Notes: a model not told the origin generated them from the sequence alone. Positions 10,620-21,958 are shown, counted from the first letter of the stretch. The stretch is DNA of 64,000 nt from Candidatus Dadabacteria bacterium (GCA_963805855.1 CAWDVW010000002.1:384001-448000), one strand, 5' to 3'. Numbers and translations are program-made.

Positions 10620-11531
10620 ATGGCTATCATCACAATTTCAGAAAATCTGGATGGCTTGGGTGGCGAAATTGCAACTAAGGTGTCACAAAGACTGGGTTTT
10701 TCTTTAGTCGACAGTACCTTAATACTCAGGGATTTGATCGAGACGGGCTCTATAGACAGTATGAGCTTATTCGATTATGTGGCAAGGGAAAAAATCCCGC
10801 CCGAAATAATAAAAAATCTAATCATAGAAAAAGCACTTAGGGACAATGTCATCATACTTAATCTAGGCGGAGAAGTCTTGTTTCGGAAATTGCCAGGGAC
10901 ATTACACGTAAAGGTGCGGGATATTAACAGCTATAGGGCAGGCAAAAGGGCTTTAAGGCAAACGAGAAAAAATTATTTAAACTTCATGAGAACACTTTTT
11001 CGAAAAGTAACAATAGGAGCTGAATTTTATGATTTACAGATAATGTTAAAGAGACTGGATACCGATTTTGCAGTGGATCTAATACTCACTGCAGTTGAAA
11101 CCAAAGGTATAACCCTGAAGGCTGGAATTACGTGGAAGGCTCTTCAGCTACTTAAGTCAAGCCTGAGAAAAAAAGAAAAGCGTTCCAATACAGCCAAATA
11201 TGTTAAAAAATTGACAATGCCTTCATTTGCCCACCCTAGCGAAAAAGAATTTGCAAAGGTTCTGGATTTTTACAGGATAAAATGGGAGTATGAGCCTAGA
11301 AGCTTTCTTCTTAAAGCCGACAAAAACGGGATGGTTAAAGAGGAGTTCACACCTGATTTTTATCTTCCTGAGCTAGACCTTTACATAGAACTCACAACCC
11401 TTAAGCAAAAGCTTGTTACAAAGAAGAATAGAAAATTGAGAAGATTAAAAAAGCTCTATCCCGATGTAAACATTAAGTTATTCTATGGAAGGGATTATAA
11501 TAAGTTACTGCAGAGGTTCGGAATTAGATAA
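10620..11531 (+). CDS. Cytidylate-kinase-like N-terminal domain fused to a PD-(D/E)xK-like C-terminal domain
   Basis: N-terminal IITISENLDGLGGEIA...YDLQI pattern; C-terminal WEYEP...FTPDFYLPELDLYIELT. Confidence 0.7.
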   Translation: MAIITISENLDGLGGEIATKVSQRLGFSLVDSTLILRDLIETGSIDSMSLFDYVAREKIPPEIIKNLIIEKALRDNVIILNLGGEVLFRKLPGTLHVKVRDINSYRAGKRALRQTRKNYLNFMRTLFRKVTIGAEFYDLQIMLKRLDTDFAVDLILTAVETKGITLKAGITWKALQLLKSSLRKKEKRSNTAKYVKKLTMPSFAHPSEKEFAKVLDFYRIKWEYEPRSFLLKADKNGMVKEEFTPDFYLPELDLYIELTTLKQKLVTKKNRKLRRLKKLYPDVNIKLFYGRDYNKLLQRFGIR

Positions 11532-11776
11532 AAAAATGCGACCCCAAGTGACCTTGTTCCTCCATTGAAAACCCCTTTCTCTACTCGAGTCTCCTCTTTC
11601 GATACTCTTTTTAATTAGTTTTCAAAGTAGCCTCAGCCCCTTGGAATCGCTTACTTATATTTATACAAAATATAATTCCCCGTGTCAAGAGAAAATTTTT
11701 ATACATAAAAAATTACTGAAACTCAGCAAGTTATGATACACTTAATCCTGGTAATTAACGATAACTCTCGTATGGG

Positions 11777-12337
11777 ATGATCCAATCCTCTCCATTAACA
11801 GTGCTTGAAGATATACAAAAAATACTAATTACTGAAAAAGAGATTGACGATAGGGTAAAGCAGCTGGGCGCCAAGATTTCACAAGATTATAAAGGAACAA
11901 ATCCTGTTTTAGTCTGCGTGCTTAGGGGTTCAATCGTATTTATCTGTGATTTAATAAGACAGATTTCCATACCTATCACCCTGGATTTCTTATCTATTTC
12001 AGGTTACACAGGTAACAAACCGACCGGAATCGTACGAATATTAAAGGACCTAGATGAGAACATTGAAAATAAAAGCGTCATCTTGGTTGAGGATATTATC
12101 GATACGGGTTTAACCCTCAACTATATACTGAGGACTCTAAAAGCAAAGAAACCGGACAATGTCCGGGTATGCGCTCTACTTGATAAAAAGGTAAGACGAA
12201 TCGTCGATATACCTATTGATTATCGTGGCTTTGAAATACCAGATGAGTTTGTTATAGGTTATGGAATGGATTACAGGCAGCGATACAGGAATCTACCATT
12301 CATCGGCGTTCTTAAGGAAGAAATTTTAGGAAGTTGA
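11777..12337 (+). CDS. hpt: Hypoxanthine phosphoribosyltransferase
   Basis: VILVEDIIDTGLT PRPP motif, LLDK, FVIGYGMDY, YRNLPFI. Confidence 0.96.
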   Translation: MIQSSPLTVLEDIQKILITEKEIDDRVKQLGAKISQDYKGTNPVLVCVLRGSIVFICDLIRQISIPITLDFLSISGYTGNKPTGIVRILKDLDENIENKSVILVEDIIDTGLTLNYILRTLKAKKPDNVRVCALLDKKVRRIVDIPIDYRGFEIPDEFVIGYGMDYRQRYRNLPFIGVLKEEILGS

Positions 12338-12469
12338 GCAGCTAAAAGCGTCAACTTTACAAAAAGTTGCGAAATTCGCCCATAGGGACCGGATTGGAAA
12401 CAATTTTTAGGTGACTTACGATCTCATAGGATCATATATCCCCGATTGAAACCATAGACTTGTTTTCAA

Positions 12470-13327
12470 ATGAAAAGGGTAATTTTGTTAACTTCACTTT
12501 CCGTTGTAATTATTTCATACGGGTTATTTACGCTAAATTCTTCGGCTCAGTCTGGCGTACTCACTTTTAAGCGACATGGAAATGATTTCAGAACGATACC
12601 TCTTGAAAAACTGAAAAAACTTATTCCACCACTTAACGTAGAAGTGTTAGAACCTCTAGAATCTGTAAAACGAGAGTACGTTGGGTTTCCCGTAAACCAA
12701 CTCCTGACGATAGTTTATGGTGATAGCTGGAAAGATGCCGATGATATTTTGTTTACATGCAAGGACGGCTATCAGGCATCTATTCCCACCGAAAACTTTA
12801 TAAGATTCAGTAGCTATCTTGTATATGATCGTCCTGACAATAAAGGATTTACATTAATAAATAAACTACAGGGCGATGAGTTTGTGAGGCTTGGGCCGTT
12901 TTACCTCATATGGGATGATATTAAATTTCCCGAGGTCCTAAAAATGGGTGCTGTGCATTGGCCTTATCAAATAACAACAATTGACCTTATAGACTTCTCC
13001 GACCGTTTTCCCGGTATGGCTCCTCCGAAAAATAGCTCACATGATGTAAAGAGCGGATTCAACTTCTTCCGAACGTACTGCTCGAGTTGCCACACTATAA
13101 ACGGGGAAGGCGGAAAGAAGGCCAAGGAGCTTAATTACCCGGTTAACGTCACTGAATATTTCAAAGAACCCTGGCTAAAGAAATGGATCAACAACCCAAG
13201 AGACATCAGCTACGATTCAACTATGCCAGCACTAGATGCCGAGGCTAAGGACAGGGAAAGAATCATTGAGAACATTATTTCGTATCTTAAAGTCATGAAG
13301 GATTACAAACATAAACCCGAAACGTGA
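12470..13327 (+). CDS. Exported c-type cytochrome with an extra N-terminal domain
   Basis: Signal peptide; single CSSCH heme motif and a downstream TMP Met-ligand candidate. Confidence 0.8.
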   Translation: MKRVILLTSLSVVIISYGLFTLNSSAQSGVLTFKRHGNDFRTIPLEKLKKLIPPLNVEVLEPLESVKREYVGFPVNQLLTIVYGDSWKDADDILFTCKDGYQASIPTENFIRFSSYLVYDRPDNKGFTLINKLQGDEFVRLGPFYLIWDDIKFPEVLKMGAVHWPYQITTIDLIDFSDRFPGMAPPKNSSHDVKSGFNFFRTYCSSCHTINGEGGKKAKELNYPVNVTEYFKEPWLKKWINNPRDISYDSTMPALDAEAKDRERIIENIISYLKVMKDYKHKPET

Positions 13328-13366
13328 TATAAATACAGCAGACAGGGAATAACCCATACTGCCAAT

Positions 13367-14170
13367 TTAATTTTTATGAGGGATGAGAGCGACGATCCGG
13401 AGCGGTCCTCCGCTACCACCTTTGATCTTCATAGGCAAGGCAAAAACGATTGCCCCTTTCGCCGGCAATTTATCCAGATTAGCCACGTTTTCAAATGCCG
13501 GCACGCTGTCTTTAAATAATGTGACGTGTGATTCAAATAACTGCGATTGACCATAATCGATGCTCGCCGTATCCAGTCCTATTGCCTTTAGTCTTCGATT
13601 TTCAATCAACCACTTTGCCGCTTCCGGATCCAATCCTGGGAAGTGAAGATTCTTCACGGCTTCTTCACCGCGATTTTCTGTTCCCAGATATTTAACCTTA
13701 TCCGGCCAATACTTTGAGTAACCGGTGTACAATAAGATAATCGAATGATCCGGAATCCGACCATTTTCATCCTCCCATTCCTTGAAATCATCTATCCCAA
13801 TCTCGTAATCGGGATTCTCGTCTGCCTTCCTGGAAACATCTACGACGACGGCTGTGCCGATTAGCCGATTTAAGGGTATTTCATCCAACGTTTCTTTACC
13901 TTCAGCAAAATGAATTGGCGCGTCAACATGTGTCCCACCATGTTCAGCAGCTGAATAATTTTTCGCTTCATAAAAGAACCCCTTATCTGTGATGCCCTCA
14001 AATACGACTTCGGATTTGAAGGTTTCAGAAGTTGGCCAGTAGATCGTTTCCGATGAGAAATTATGTGTGAGGTCGACCCATTCCCCTTGGGGAAATGAGT
14101 CTGATTTAGAACACCCTAGAATAGTAATTAGGGTTGATAACAATAAAGCCGGTAAATTATAACTGGACAT
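13367..14170 (-). CDS. Cyclase / kynurenine formamidase-family metal hydrolase (probable lipoprotein)
   Basis: HGGTHVDAP, GLDTASID, ENVANL, GSGGPLR motifs; LGC lipobox. Confidence 0.92.
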   Translation of the reverse strand: MSSYNLPALLLSTLITILGCSKSDSFPQGEWVDLTHNFSSETIYWPTSETFKSEVVFEGITDKGFFYEAKNYSAAEHGGTHVDAPIHFAEGKETLDEIPLNRLIGTAVVVDVSRKADENPDYEIGIDDFKEWEDENGRIPDHSIILLYTGYSKYWPDKVKYLGTENRGEEAVKNLHFPGLDPEAAKWLIENRRLKAIGLDTASIDYGQSQLFESHVTLFKDSVPAFENVANLDKLPAKGAIVFALPMKIKGGSGGPLRIVALIPHKN

Positions 14171-14264
14171 CTTTTCTTCCTCTGTATGTGTAAGTTATTG
14201 ACAAGATTATATAGTGGGTGTGATAATATCAAGAAATCACCGGCCAGAATGGAGGAATAATTTT

Positions 14265-15212
14265 ATGACAAGAGCGTGGAGCAGAATAATACTAGCTTTT
14301 TCTTTCGCCATATTTATATTGCTGAATATTTCATGCCAAGACCAGACTACAGACACCAGGATACTAATATTTCCCGGTGGGTTGGCAGTGGCAGAAGATG
14401 GCAATATTTTTTTAACCACGGTAAATCCACCAACAGTATTACGAGTCGATCCCGAATCAGGCGAGGTTACAACAATCTCGGGAGCTGGCGTTGGTAACGG
14501 CCCTGCATTTTCTGCTCCAAGGGGTCTTACAATTGACGATGCAGGAATTCTATTTGTCACAGACTCCGATCTCAGGGCTGTTTTTAGCGTAGACCCCATT
14601 ACCGGTAATCGGAATATCATATCCAGTTCCAGCGTGGGCTCTGGTGATGATTTAAGAAATCCTGTCGATGTTACGGTAGTGTTCGATGGAAATCTAGTAG
14701 TTGCCGATCCAAATCTTAAGGCAATCGTCATGGTAAATCCCATAGATGGCAACCGAAGCATAATATCCGATAGCAACACCGGGAGCGGAACAGAGTTCAA
14801 GGCACCGGTGGGTGTGACCGTCGATGACCAAGGAATATTATTGGTGGCGGATGAGTTCCGTAGAGCAGTTTTTGCAGTCGATCCCGATACGGGAGACCGA
14901 ACTGTGATATCGAACAGGAAGACCGGCAACGGTCCGTCATTCGTTCAAATCACGGGTCTAGCCCTTGATCAAGATGGAAATATCGTGGTTATGGACACAG
15001 GCGGTAATAGTGTAATTGGTGTAGAAATTCTGACTGGAGATCGTGTTACGATTTCATCAATTCTAAAAGGTTCGGGTCCATTTTTTCAGTTTCCCAGGGC
15101 AATTGCTGTGGAGGATGATGGAAATATTCTGGTTTTAGACAGCGCTAATTTTAGACTCTTGCGCGTTAACCCAGTAAACGGCAATCGTACGGTACTGGTA
15201 CAGGCTGGGTAA
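14265..15212 (+). CDS. NHL-repeat beta-propeller protein
   Basis: Repeated P.G..VD..G...V.D......VDP.TG.R units; GGAGG before ATG 14265. Confidence 0.85.
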   Translation: MTRAWSRIILAFSFAIFILLNISCQDQTTDTRILIFPGGLAVAEDGNIFLTTVNPPTVLRVDPESGEVTTISGAGVGNGPAFSAPRGLTIDDAGILFVTDSDLRAVFSVDPITGNRNIISSSSVGSGDDLRNPVDVTVVFDGNLVVADPNLKAIVMVNPIDGNRSIISDSNTGSGTEFKAPVGVTVDDQGILLVADEFRRAVFAVDPDTGDRTVISNRKTGNGPSFVQITGLALDQDGNIVVMDTGGNSVIGVEILTGDRVTISSILKGSGPFFQFPRAIAVEDDGNILVLDSANFRLLRVNPVNGNRTVLVQAG

Positions 15213-15280
15213 TAAATGTGCATTGTATGTAGAATAAATTCACAGTTGCTTAGTTAATCCATAACCAAAGAAAACAATTA

Positions 15281-15808
15281 TTATTCACGGAACAATTTTA
15301 TGTACTCTTTTTCGGTAATCACCTCACTTACTCTCTCCAAACGGTCGAGAAATACTATCCCCTTAAGATGATCGTATTCGTGTTGAAATATCCTCGCTAT
15401 GAAATCAGATAATTCTTCTGTCTTCTTATCCCCATTCCTGTTGGTATATTCAACAGCGATGGATTTGTGACGCGATACCAATCCCCTTATTCCTGGGATG
15501 CTTAAACATCCTTCCCAGTCCTTAATCATTTGATCGGAGCTAGATAAAATCTTCGGGTTGATTACTTCTATCGGTTCCATTTTCGGTGCATCCGGATATC
15601 GAGGGTTTGGACTGGAGGCAACTATAAAAATTTGATAGGATTCATTTACCTGTGGAGCAGCAATCCCCACACCATTTACCGCTCTAACAGTCTCGATCAA
15701 ATTGTCGATTAGTACCTGAATATATTCATCACCGATATTCTCCACATGTTTGGCATTCTCCCTTAATATGGGATTGCCCAGCTCTTCAATTTCCAATATC
15801 TTTGCCAT
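15281..15808 (-). CDS. def: Peptide deformylase
   Basis: GVGIAAPQV, EGCLS, QHEYDH motifs. Confidence 0.97.
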   Translation of the reverse strand: MAKILEIEELGNPILRENAKHVENIGDEYIQVLIDNLIETVRAVNGVGIAAPQVNESYQIFIVASSPNPRYPDAPKMEPIEVINPKILSSSDQMIKDWEGCLSIPGIRGLVSRHKSIAVEYTNRNGDKKTEELSDFIARIFQHEYDHLKGIVFLDRLERVSEVITEKEYIKLFRE

Positions 15809-16066
15809 TTCCCCCAATTATAATATTAAAATGAATTTAATAAAGGACTCATTCTTAACTGTCTGAATAGATCCACCAATAATGGGAGAATCTTTTGAAT
15901 GGATTTAGTTTTCCGTAAATAGTAATTAAACTCTAATATCTAACTTAAAAAAACTCAATTATGTTGACAAAGGCTTTCCAATTGTGAGATAATTGGGGTT
16001 GCTTAAGTAGTTGGCTTTATAGTTCTTGTCACTTTACCAGAATCCTGAAGGGGTCTCAAGCACGGT

Positions 16067-16240
16067 ATGATGACAGCAGTTCCACCTTCCCAAGCTGCGC
16101 CCACGGAGTCTATGCCAACGCACGACGAGGGTGGACACATATCCATGTCGAAAGCGGCTGGAGTTTTTATCATTACCTTTGCTTTCCTTGCAATATCAGT
16201 CTGGTTTACCAACCTTTTTGTGGAACTCAGGCTCTGGTAG
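16067..16240 (+). CDS. Putative 57-aa single-pass membrane protein
   Basis: Manual translation ends in hydrophobic GVFIITFAFLAISVWFTNLFVELRLW; stops 6 nt before the VOC gene. Confidence 0.45.
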   Translation: MMTAVPPSQAAPTESMPTHDEGGHISMSKAAGVFIITFAFLAISVWFTNLFVELRLW

Positions 16241-16246
16241 GAAATC

Positions 16247-16684
16247 ATGAAATGGATAAAAAATCTGGTGAGTAGCGACAACATGATCACGGGAATAGAC
16301 CACGTTGCGATAGTTGTAAGCGATATGGACAGGTCTATTGAGTTTTACAATGAGGTGTTAGGGCTGAGAATACTGAAAGACGGACGAAATGAAGGAGGGA
16401 AGAAAAAGTCCTTCCTCGGAACTAAAGACCACACTTTAATCGCTTTAACAGAAGATAAAAAGCTCAATAGTGATAAATCTCAAATTGTGGAGAGTGTTGC
16501 TCACGTGGCTTTTAAAGTAAATGATGTGGAAAAATCGAGCAAAGCCCTTAAGGGCAAAGGGGTCACATTCATAGAAGAAAAGGTCGAAAAGGACGGAAAG
16601 ATAAAAGCATATCACTTCCTTGATCCAGATGGTCTCGAACTAGAGATCTATGGCGAAACGGGAGAATCTGTCCCGCCTTACTAA
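16247..16684 (+). CDS. VOC / glyoxalase family protein
   Basis: IDHVAIVVSD...FY..VLG, HVAF, DPDG..LE motifs. Confidence 0.92.
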   Translation: MKWIKNLVSSDNMITGIDHVAIVVSDMDRSIEFYNEVLGLRILKDGRNEGGKKKSFLGTKDHTLIALTEDKKLNSDKSQIVESVAHVAFKVNDVEKSSKALKGKGVTFIEEKVEKDGKIKAYHFLDPDGLELEIYGETGESVPPY

Positions 16685-16890
16685 ATTAAAGTTGAGCCTT
16701 AACACATCATTTTCTGACCTCAAACGTTAAATTGCTCACAACGCGTACAGTAGTTATGAAAGGTGACCGGGTCATTGATGAGCATATTCCCTTAAACCGC
16801 AAAACTAGTAAAATCAGTCGATCAGGTTAACCGACTTAATTTGCGAGCCGGAGAGATTTTGGGTATAAATTCCTGACTTCACAACCACTC

Positions 16891-17949
16891 ATGAGGTTTT
16901 GGATGAACCTGAAAAAACTCGCCCAACAAGTGTCAAATAAATCAAAGATCAAGGTTACCTTAAATGATATAGAAAGGTTGCTGGGTACGCTAAGAAAGAG
17001 CAAGAATCCCTGGGATGTTATAGACAAGTCTGATTTTCCGGTTCCCGCAGTATTCGAATCCATTAAGGCACTGGAAAAAATCAGACTTGTTTCAGTATCG
17101 GGAAATGGATTTTACCTCACGGATGAAGGAAAAAATGTCGCAAAACGTTTACATCCGGTGGACGATCTCTCATGTAAAACTTGCGAAGGAAGGGGAATCA
17201 TTCTGGAAAAATTCTCGGAAATCAAAAATAAATTCCTCAAGATTCAGAAGAGACGTCCGGCTCCATTGAGAAAGTTTGACCAAGGATACGTAACCCCTTC
17301 CACTACTCTCTCACGTTTTGCCCTTGCCTATGAAAGGGGCGACATACATGGAAAGGAAATATTCGTCCTTGGAGACGATGATCTGATAAGTATAGTTCTT
17401 GGAATCAGCCGTCTACCGAAGAGAATAACAGTAGTGGAAATTGACAACAGACTAACAGATTTCATTCAGGAAATCGGTGTAATAGAAGGGTTCAAAGTGG
17501 ACGTTCACACTTTCGATCTACGACGTTCTATTCCCCGCGATCATAGGAATAAATATGATACCTTTTTCACCGATCCTCCTGAGACATTGAAGGCGGCGGA
17601 CGCTTTTATTGGCAGGGGAATTGCGACACTTAGTCAACCTGGTTCCGCTGGATACTTTGGTTTTACAAGGAGGGAAGCGTCTCTCACGAAGTGGTATGAG
17701 CTCCAGAAAATGCTACTTAAATACAAGATCGTATTCACTGATATAATTCATAATTTTAACGAATATATAAACTGGGGTTACGAAGAGGAAACAAGGGCTT
17801 GGAGACTGTCTCCCTCAAAAGTCAAGCCCAATAAGAACTGGTACAGATCGGCGCTATATAGACTTGAAACTCTTGAGGGCTTCAGGGGTAATCACAAGGA
17901 ATACATCAAAGAAAATATATATGAGGACCATGAGAGCTCGACAACCTGA
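16891..17949 (+). CDS. bpsA: Branched-chain polyamine synthase (N4-bis(aminopropyl)spermidine synthase)-like
   Basis: CxxCxGRG, FDQG, LGDDDL, EID.RL, TDPPET motifs typical of the DUF43/BpsA family. Confidence 0.85.
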   Translation: MRFWMNLKKLAQQVSNKSKIKVTLNDIERLLGTLRKSKNPWDVIDKSDFPVPAVFESIKALEKIRLVSVSGNGFYLTDEGKNVAKRLHPVDDLSCKTCEGRGIILEKFSEIKNKFLKIQKRRPAPLRKFDQGYVTPSTTLSRFALAYERGDIHGKEIFVLGDDDLISIVLGISRLPKRITVVEIDNRLTDFIQEIGVIEGFKVDVHTFDLRRSIPRDHRNKYDTFFTDPPETLKAADAFIGRGIATLSQPGSAGYFGFTRREASLTKWYELQKMLLKYKIVFTDIIHNFNEYINWGYEEETRAWRLSPSKVKPNKNWYRSALYRLETLEGFRGNHKEYIKENIYEDHESSTT

Positions 17950-18013
17950 ATATGTTAAATCATACTCCTTAGCTAAGAATCTAACATAGATTAGCCGGAC
18001 TGAAGTTAACTTA

Positions 18014-18116
18014 GATGCAAGATACATGATGCATGATACAGGATATAAAAGGCCAAATAATCTTGCATCTTGTATCCTGGATCATGGATCCTGCATCCTG
18101 CATCATGCATCATGAA
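18014..18116. repeat. Heptamer (GATRCAN)n / (TSNTGCA)n inverted-repeat element, copy 1
   Basis: GATGCAA GATACAT GATGCAT GATACAG, AT-rich spacer, then TCTTGCA TCTTGTA TCCTGGA TCATGGA TCCTGCA... Confidence 0.9.
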
Positions 18117-18119
18117 TAA

Positions 18120-21100
18120 ATGCCTAAGCGAACCGACATCAAAAAGATACTCCTGATTGGCTCAGGGCCCATTGTTATCGGGCAGGCCTGTGAGTTTGAT
18201 TATTCCGGAACGCAAGCCTGTAAAGCACTTCGAGAAGAAGGCTATCAGATCGTACTCGTAAACAGCAATCCAGCAACAATAATGACAGATCCAACAGTCG
18301 CGGAAAGAACCTATATAGAACCGCTCGTACCCGAAATTGTTGAAAAGATCATCGCGAAGGAACTTCCTCAAGCATTGCTGCCAACCCTTGGAGGACAGAC
18401 AGCCCTGAACCTCGCCGTTCAGCTTTCCGAGACAGGGGTTCTGGATAGATTCGGAGTCGAATTAATTGGGGCGAAACTAAGCGCAATAAAGAAAGCCGAG
18501 AACAGGAATCTATTCAAAGAATCAATTAATAAAATCGGGCTAAAGGTTCCACCAAGCGGAGTTGCTCATTCCATAAACCAAGCATGGGATATTGTAAGCG
18601 ATATTGGATTCCCCGTTATCATTCGCCCTTCATTCACGCTGGGAGGTACTGGAGGAAGCGTAGCCTATAACAGAGAGGAGTTTGAGGAATATGCAAAAGC
18701 CGGCCTAGATTTAAGCCCAGTAAGCGAGATCCTGATAGAACAATCAGTATTGGGCTGGAAGGAGTTTGAGCTTGAGGTCATGAGGGATGGAGAGGACAAC
18801 GTAGCCATAATATGTTCGATTGAAAATTTTGACCCAATGGGTGTTCATACCGGAGATAGCATTACTGTCGCGCCGGCCCAAACCCTGACTGATAAGGAGT
18901 ATCAGAGGATGAGAGACGCCGCTATCGCGATAATCAGGGAGATAGGGGTTGATACCGGTGGGTCAAATATTCAATTCGCAATTAACCCAGAGGATGGCGA
19001 AATCGTCGTGATTGAAATGAACCCGAGAGTCTCAAGGAGCTCAGCGCTTGCTTCCAAAGCGACCGGGTATCCAATCGCTAAGATCGCAGCCAAGCTTGCT
19101 ATTGGATATACACTCGATGAGATTCCCAATGATATAACTCGTTATACCCCTGCTTCGTTCGAACCCACAATTGACTATGCTGTAGTAAAAATACCTAGAT
19201 TCGCGTTCGAAAAATTTCCACAGACCGAGCCTTTACTGACGACCCAGATGAAATCCGTCGGCGAGGTTATGGCGATCGGAAGAACATTCAAGGAAGCGCT
19301 ACAAAAAGCTATCCGTTCTCTAGAAATCGATTCTTCAGGGTTGGAGCCAATCACCACCAACTTGGAGTTGATTAGAGAAAAATTATTAATACCTAATCCT
19401 GAAAGATTATGGTATATAGCAGACGCAATCAGGTGTGGACTTGATATCCAGGAAATTAACTATCTAACTAAGATCGACCCGTGGTTCCTTGAAAATATAA
19501 ACCATATCGTTGAAACGGAAAATCAGATAAGGATATTCAATTCAGATGATTTGCCAGGTCCCATGCTGCGACATGCAAAGGAAATTGGGTTTTCAGATAT
19601 AAGATTGGCCGAGCTTACGAATACGAGCCAGGACGAAATCCGAAAAAAGTCCGAAGAGCTCAAAATCAAAAAGGCATACAAAATGGTGGATACATGCGCC
19701 GCCGAATTTGAGGCATACACTCCATATCTTTACTCAACTTACGAAGGGGAAGACGAAGCACTTCCAGACCAGAAAAGAAAGATTGTCATTTTTGGAGGGG
19801 GCCCAAACAGGATAGGACAGGGTATAGAATTCGATTATAGCTGTGTTCATGCATCCATGTGTTTAAAGGAAGAAGGATTCGAATCCATAATGGTCAATTG
19901 TAATCCAGAAACCGTGAGTACAGATTACGACACCTCAGATAGATTATATTTTGAACCCCTGACTTTAGAAGACACATTATCGATTATCCAAAAGGAAAAA
20001 CCATCGGGTGTGATTGTACAGCTCGGGGGTCAAACACCTCTTAAGCTCGCAATTCCACTTGCGAGTAGGGGCGTAAATGTAATCGGGACATCTCCTCAAG
20101 ACATTGATCTTGCAGAAGATCGGGAAAGATTCAGAGATCTAATAATAGATTTAGGTCTCAAGCAGCCTAAAAGCGGTATCGCGAGAAGTGTGGATGAAGC
20201 GAAACGTATCGCTTTCGAAATTGGATTCCCCGTAATGGTTAGACCCTCCTATGTACTTGGCGGCCGAGCCATGGAAATTGTCTATAGTGAGGGAGCCCTA
20301 ATAAGTTACACGAATGCAGCTGTAAAGGTATCGCCCAATCAACCGATACTCATAGACGAATTTATAAAGGATGCCAAGGAACTGGATGTGGACGCCATTT
20401 CTGACGGGGAACTAGTAGTTGTAGGAGGTATTTTGGAGCACATAGAAGAGGCCGGTGTCCATTCTGGGGATAGCGCCATGGTGCTCCCCCCCTTTTCTGT
20501 AGAAGCTCCTCTCATCGAGGAAATCATTCGTCAGACTAAAACTCTTGCATTAGCCCTCAATGTAAAAGGCTTGATGAACATCCAATTCGCGATTAAAGAT
20601 CAAGATGTCTATGTGCTCGAAGTAAATCCGAGGGCAAGCCGCACAATTCCATTTGTTAGTAAGGCCATAGGAATTCCACTCGCTAAACTGGGAACAAAGG
20701 TAATGCTAGGGAAAAGTCTGAATCGACTAGGCTTCACAAAGGAAATTGTGCCAAAACACATATGTATAAAAGAATCGGTTTTCCCCTTCATAAAATTTCC
20801 AGGCGTAGATACTATTCTGGGCCCTGAAATGAAGTCAACCGGGGAAGTGATGGGGATAGACACCGAACTCAGACGTACATTTGCAAAGGCGCAGATCGCA
20901 GCAGGCACGTTCCTCCCCCTCGAGGGCACAGCTTTCGTAAGTGTCAAGGATGAGGACAAACCTAAGGTAATATCCATAGCTAAGAAGCTAAAGGATCTTG
21001 GTTTTAAGCTGATGTGCACAATGGGTACTGCTTTATATCTAGAGAAGCATAAAATTAATTGCGATACGGTAAACAAGGTCATAGAAGGAAGACCTCACAT

Positions 21101-21356
21101 CGTCGACCACATAAAAAATGGCGATGTACAACTAGTTGTCAACACTACCTTTGGCGAAAAGGAGATTTCACAGTCTTACTCAATAAGAAGGGAATCTCTT
21201 ATCAAGAACGTTCCTTACTTTACAACAATCGCAGCCTCAAGGGCTGCAGTAGACGCTATAGAAGTATTAAAAACGGAGGGATTAGAGGTAAGAGCACTTC
21301 AGGATTACTATAACGATACTACAAATCCCAAATTACAAGCACCAAATTTCAAATAA
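18120..21356 (+). CDS. carB: Carbamoyl-phosphate synthase large subunit
   Basis: [30 protein letters not shown], two ATP-grasp halves, MGS domain. Confidence 0.99.
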   Translation: MPKRTDIKKILLIGSGPIVIGQACEFDYSGTQACKALREEGYQIVLVNSNPATIMTDPTVAERTYIEPLVPEIVEKIIAKELPQALLPTLGGQTALNLAVQLSETGVLDRFGVELIGAKLSAIKKAENRNLFKESINKIGLKVPPSGVAHSINQAWDIVSDIGFPVIIRPSFTLGGTGGSVAYNREEFEEYAKAGLDLSPVSEILIEQSVLGWKEFELEVMRDGEDNVAIICSIENFDPMGVHTGDSITVAPAQTLTDKEYQRMRDAAIAIIREIGVDTGGSNIQFAINPEDGEIVVIEMNPRVSRSSALASKATGYPIAKIAAKLAIGYTLDEIPNDITRYTPASFEPTIDYAVVKIPRFAFEKFPQTEPLLTTQMKSVGEVMAIGRTFKEALQKAIRSLEIDSSGLEPITTNLELIREKLLIPNPERLWYIADAIRCGLDIQEINYLTKIDPWFLENINHIVETENQIRIFNSDDLPGPMLRHAKEIGFSDIRLAELTNTSQDEIRKKSEELKIKKAYKMVDTCAAEFEAYTPYLYSTYEGEDEALPDQKRKIVIFGGGPNRIGQGIEFDYSCVHASMCLKEEGFESIMVNCNPETVSTDYDTSDRLYFEPLTLEDTLSIIQKEKPSGVIVQLGGQTPLKLAIPLASRGVNVIGTSPQDIDLAEDRERFRDLIIDLGLKQPKSGIARSVDEAKRIAFEIGFPVMVRPSYVLGGRAMEIVYSEGALISYTNAAVKVSPNQPILIDEFIKDAKELDVDAISDGELVVVGGILEHIEEAGVHSGDSAMVLPPFSVEAPLIEEIIRQTKTLALALNVKGLMNIQFAIKDQDVYVLEVNPRASRTIPFVSKAIGIPLAKLGTKVMLGKSLNRLGFTKEIVPKHICIKESVFPFIKFPGVDTILGPEMKSTGEVMGIDTELRRTFAKAQIAAGTFLPLEGTAFVSVKDEDKPKVISIAKKLKDLGFKLMCTMGTALYLEKHKINCDTVNKVIEGRPHIVDHIKNGDVQLVVNTTFGEKEISQSYSIRRESLIKNVPYFTTIAASRAAVDAIEVLKTEGLEVRALQDYYNDTTNPKLQAPNFK

Positions 21357-21450
21357 ATTTAAAGCACCAAACTCCAAATCAGAAGTATTTATATCTGGAA
21401 TTTGAAATTTTGGGTTTGTTTGGGATTCGTAATTTGATCATTGGTGCTTG
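21322..21450. repeat. Heptamer (AAATYCC/AAGCACC-type) inverted-repeat element
   Basis: AAATCCC AAATTAC AAGCACC AAATTTC ... TTTGAAA TTTTGGG ... TTTGATC ATTGGTGCTTG. Confidence 0.75.
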
Positions 21451-21481
21451 TTAATTTAAAGTAAAAGGAGGAAAAGATAAT

Positions 21482-21958
21482 ATGTCTTCTGATAGGGTCC
21501 CAATAACACCGGACGGCTTTAGGAAGCTTCAAGAAGAGCTAAATAGGTTAATTTCTGAAGAGCGGCCACGGGTCATAAAGATGATAGAACATGCGAGATC
21601 ACTGGGGGACCTCTCCGAAAACGCCGAATATGATACTGCAAAGGATCGACAGGGTTTCATCGAGGCAAGGATACAGGAGCTAAAGAGCAAGGTAGCACGG
21701 GCTGAAGTAATAGACCCTGAAAAACTTCCTCGGAAAGACAGAGTTATGTTTGGCGTTCGCGTGAGGCTTGAGGATATTGAAACCGGGAATACCGTTGCAT
21801 ACCAACTCGTAGGACCGGATGAATCAGAACCCGAGAGAGGGCTTATTTCCGTAGCGTCCCCCATCGGTAGAGCATTACTTGGAAAGCGAGTTGACGACGA
21901 GGCCCGGGTTCACACACCCGGGGGCATACGGGAATTTGTGATCCTGGAGATCGAATGA
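21482..21958 (+). CDS. greA: Transcription elongation factor GreA
   Basis: GDLSENAEY, ISVASPIGRALLGK. Confidence 0.97.
   Translation: MSSDRVPITPDGFRKLQEELNRLISEERPRVIKMIEHARSLGDLSENAEYDTAKDRQGFIEARIQELKSKVARAEVIDPEKLPRKDRVMFGVRVRLEDIETGNTVAYQLVGPDESEPERGLISVASPIGRALLGKRVDDEARVHTPGGIREFVILEIE

Noticed and set aside
18120-21356. carB as part of the carbamoyl-phosphate cluster
   Set aside because: carB-greA is an ordinary housekeeping arrangement separated from the cluster by its own promoter region; proximity is probably coincidental.
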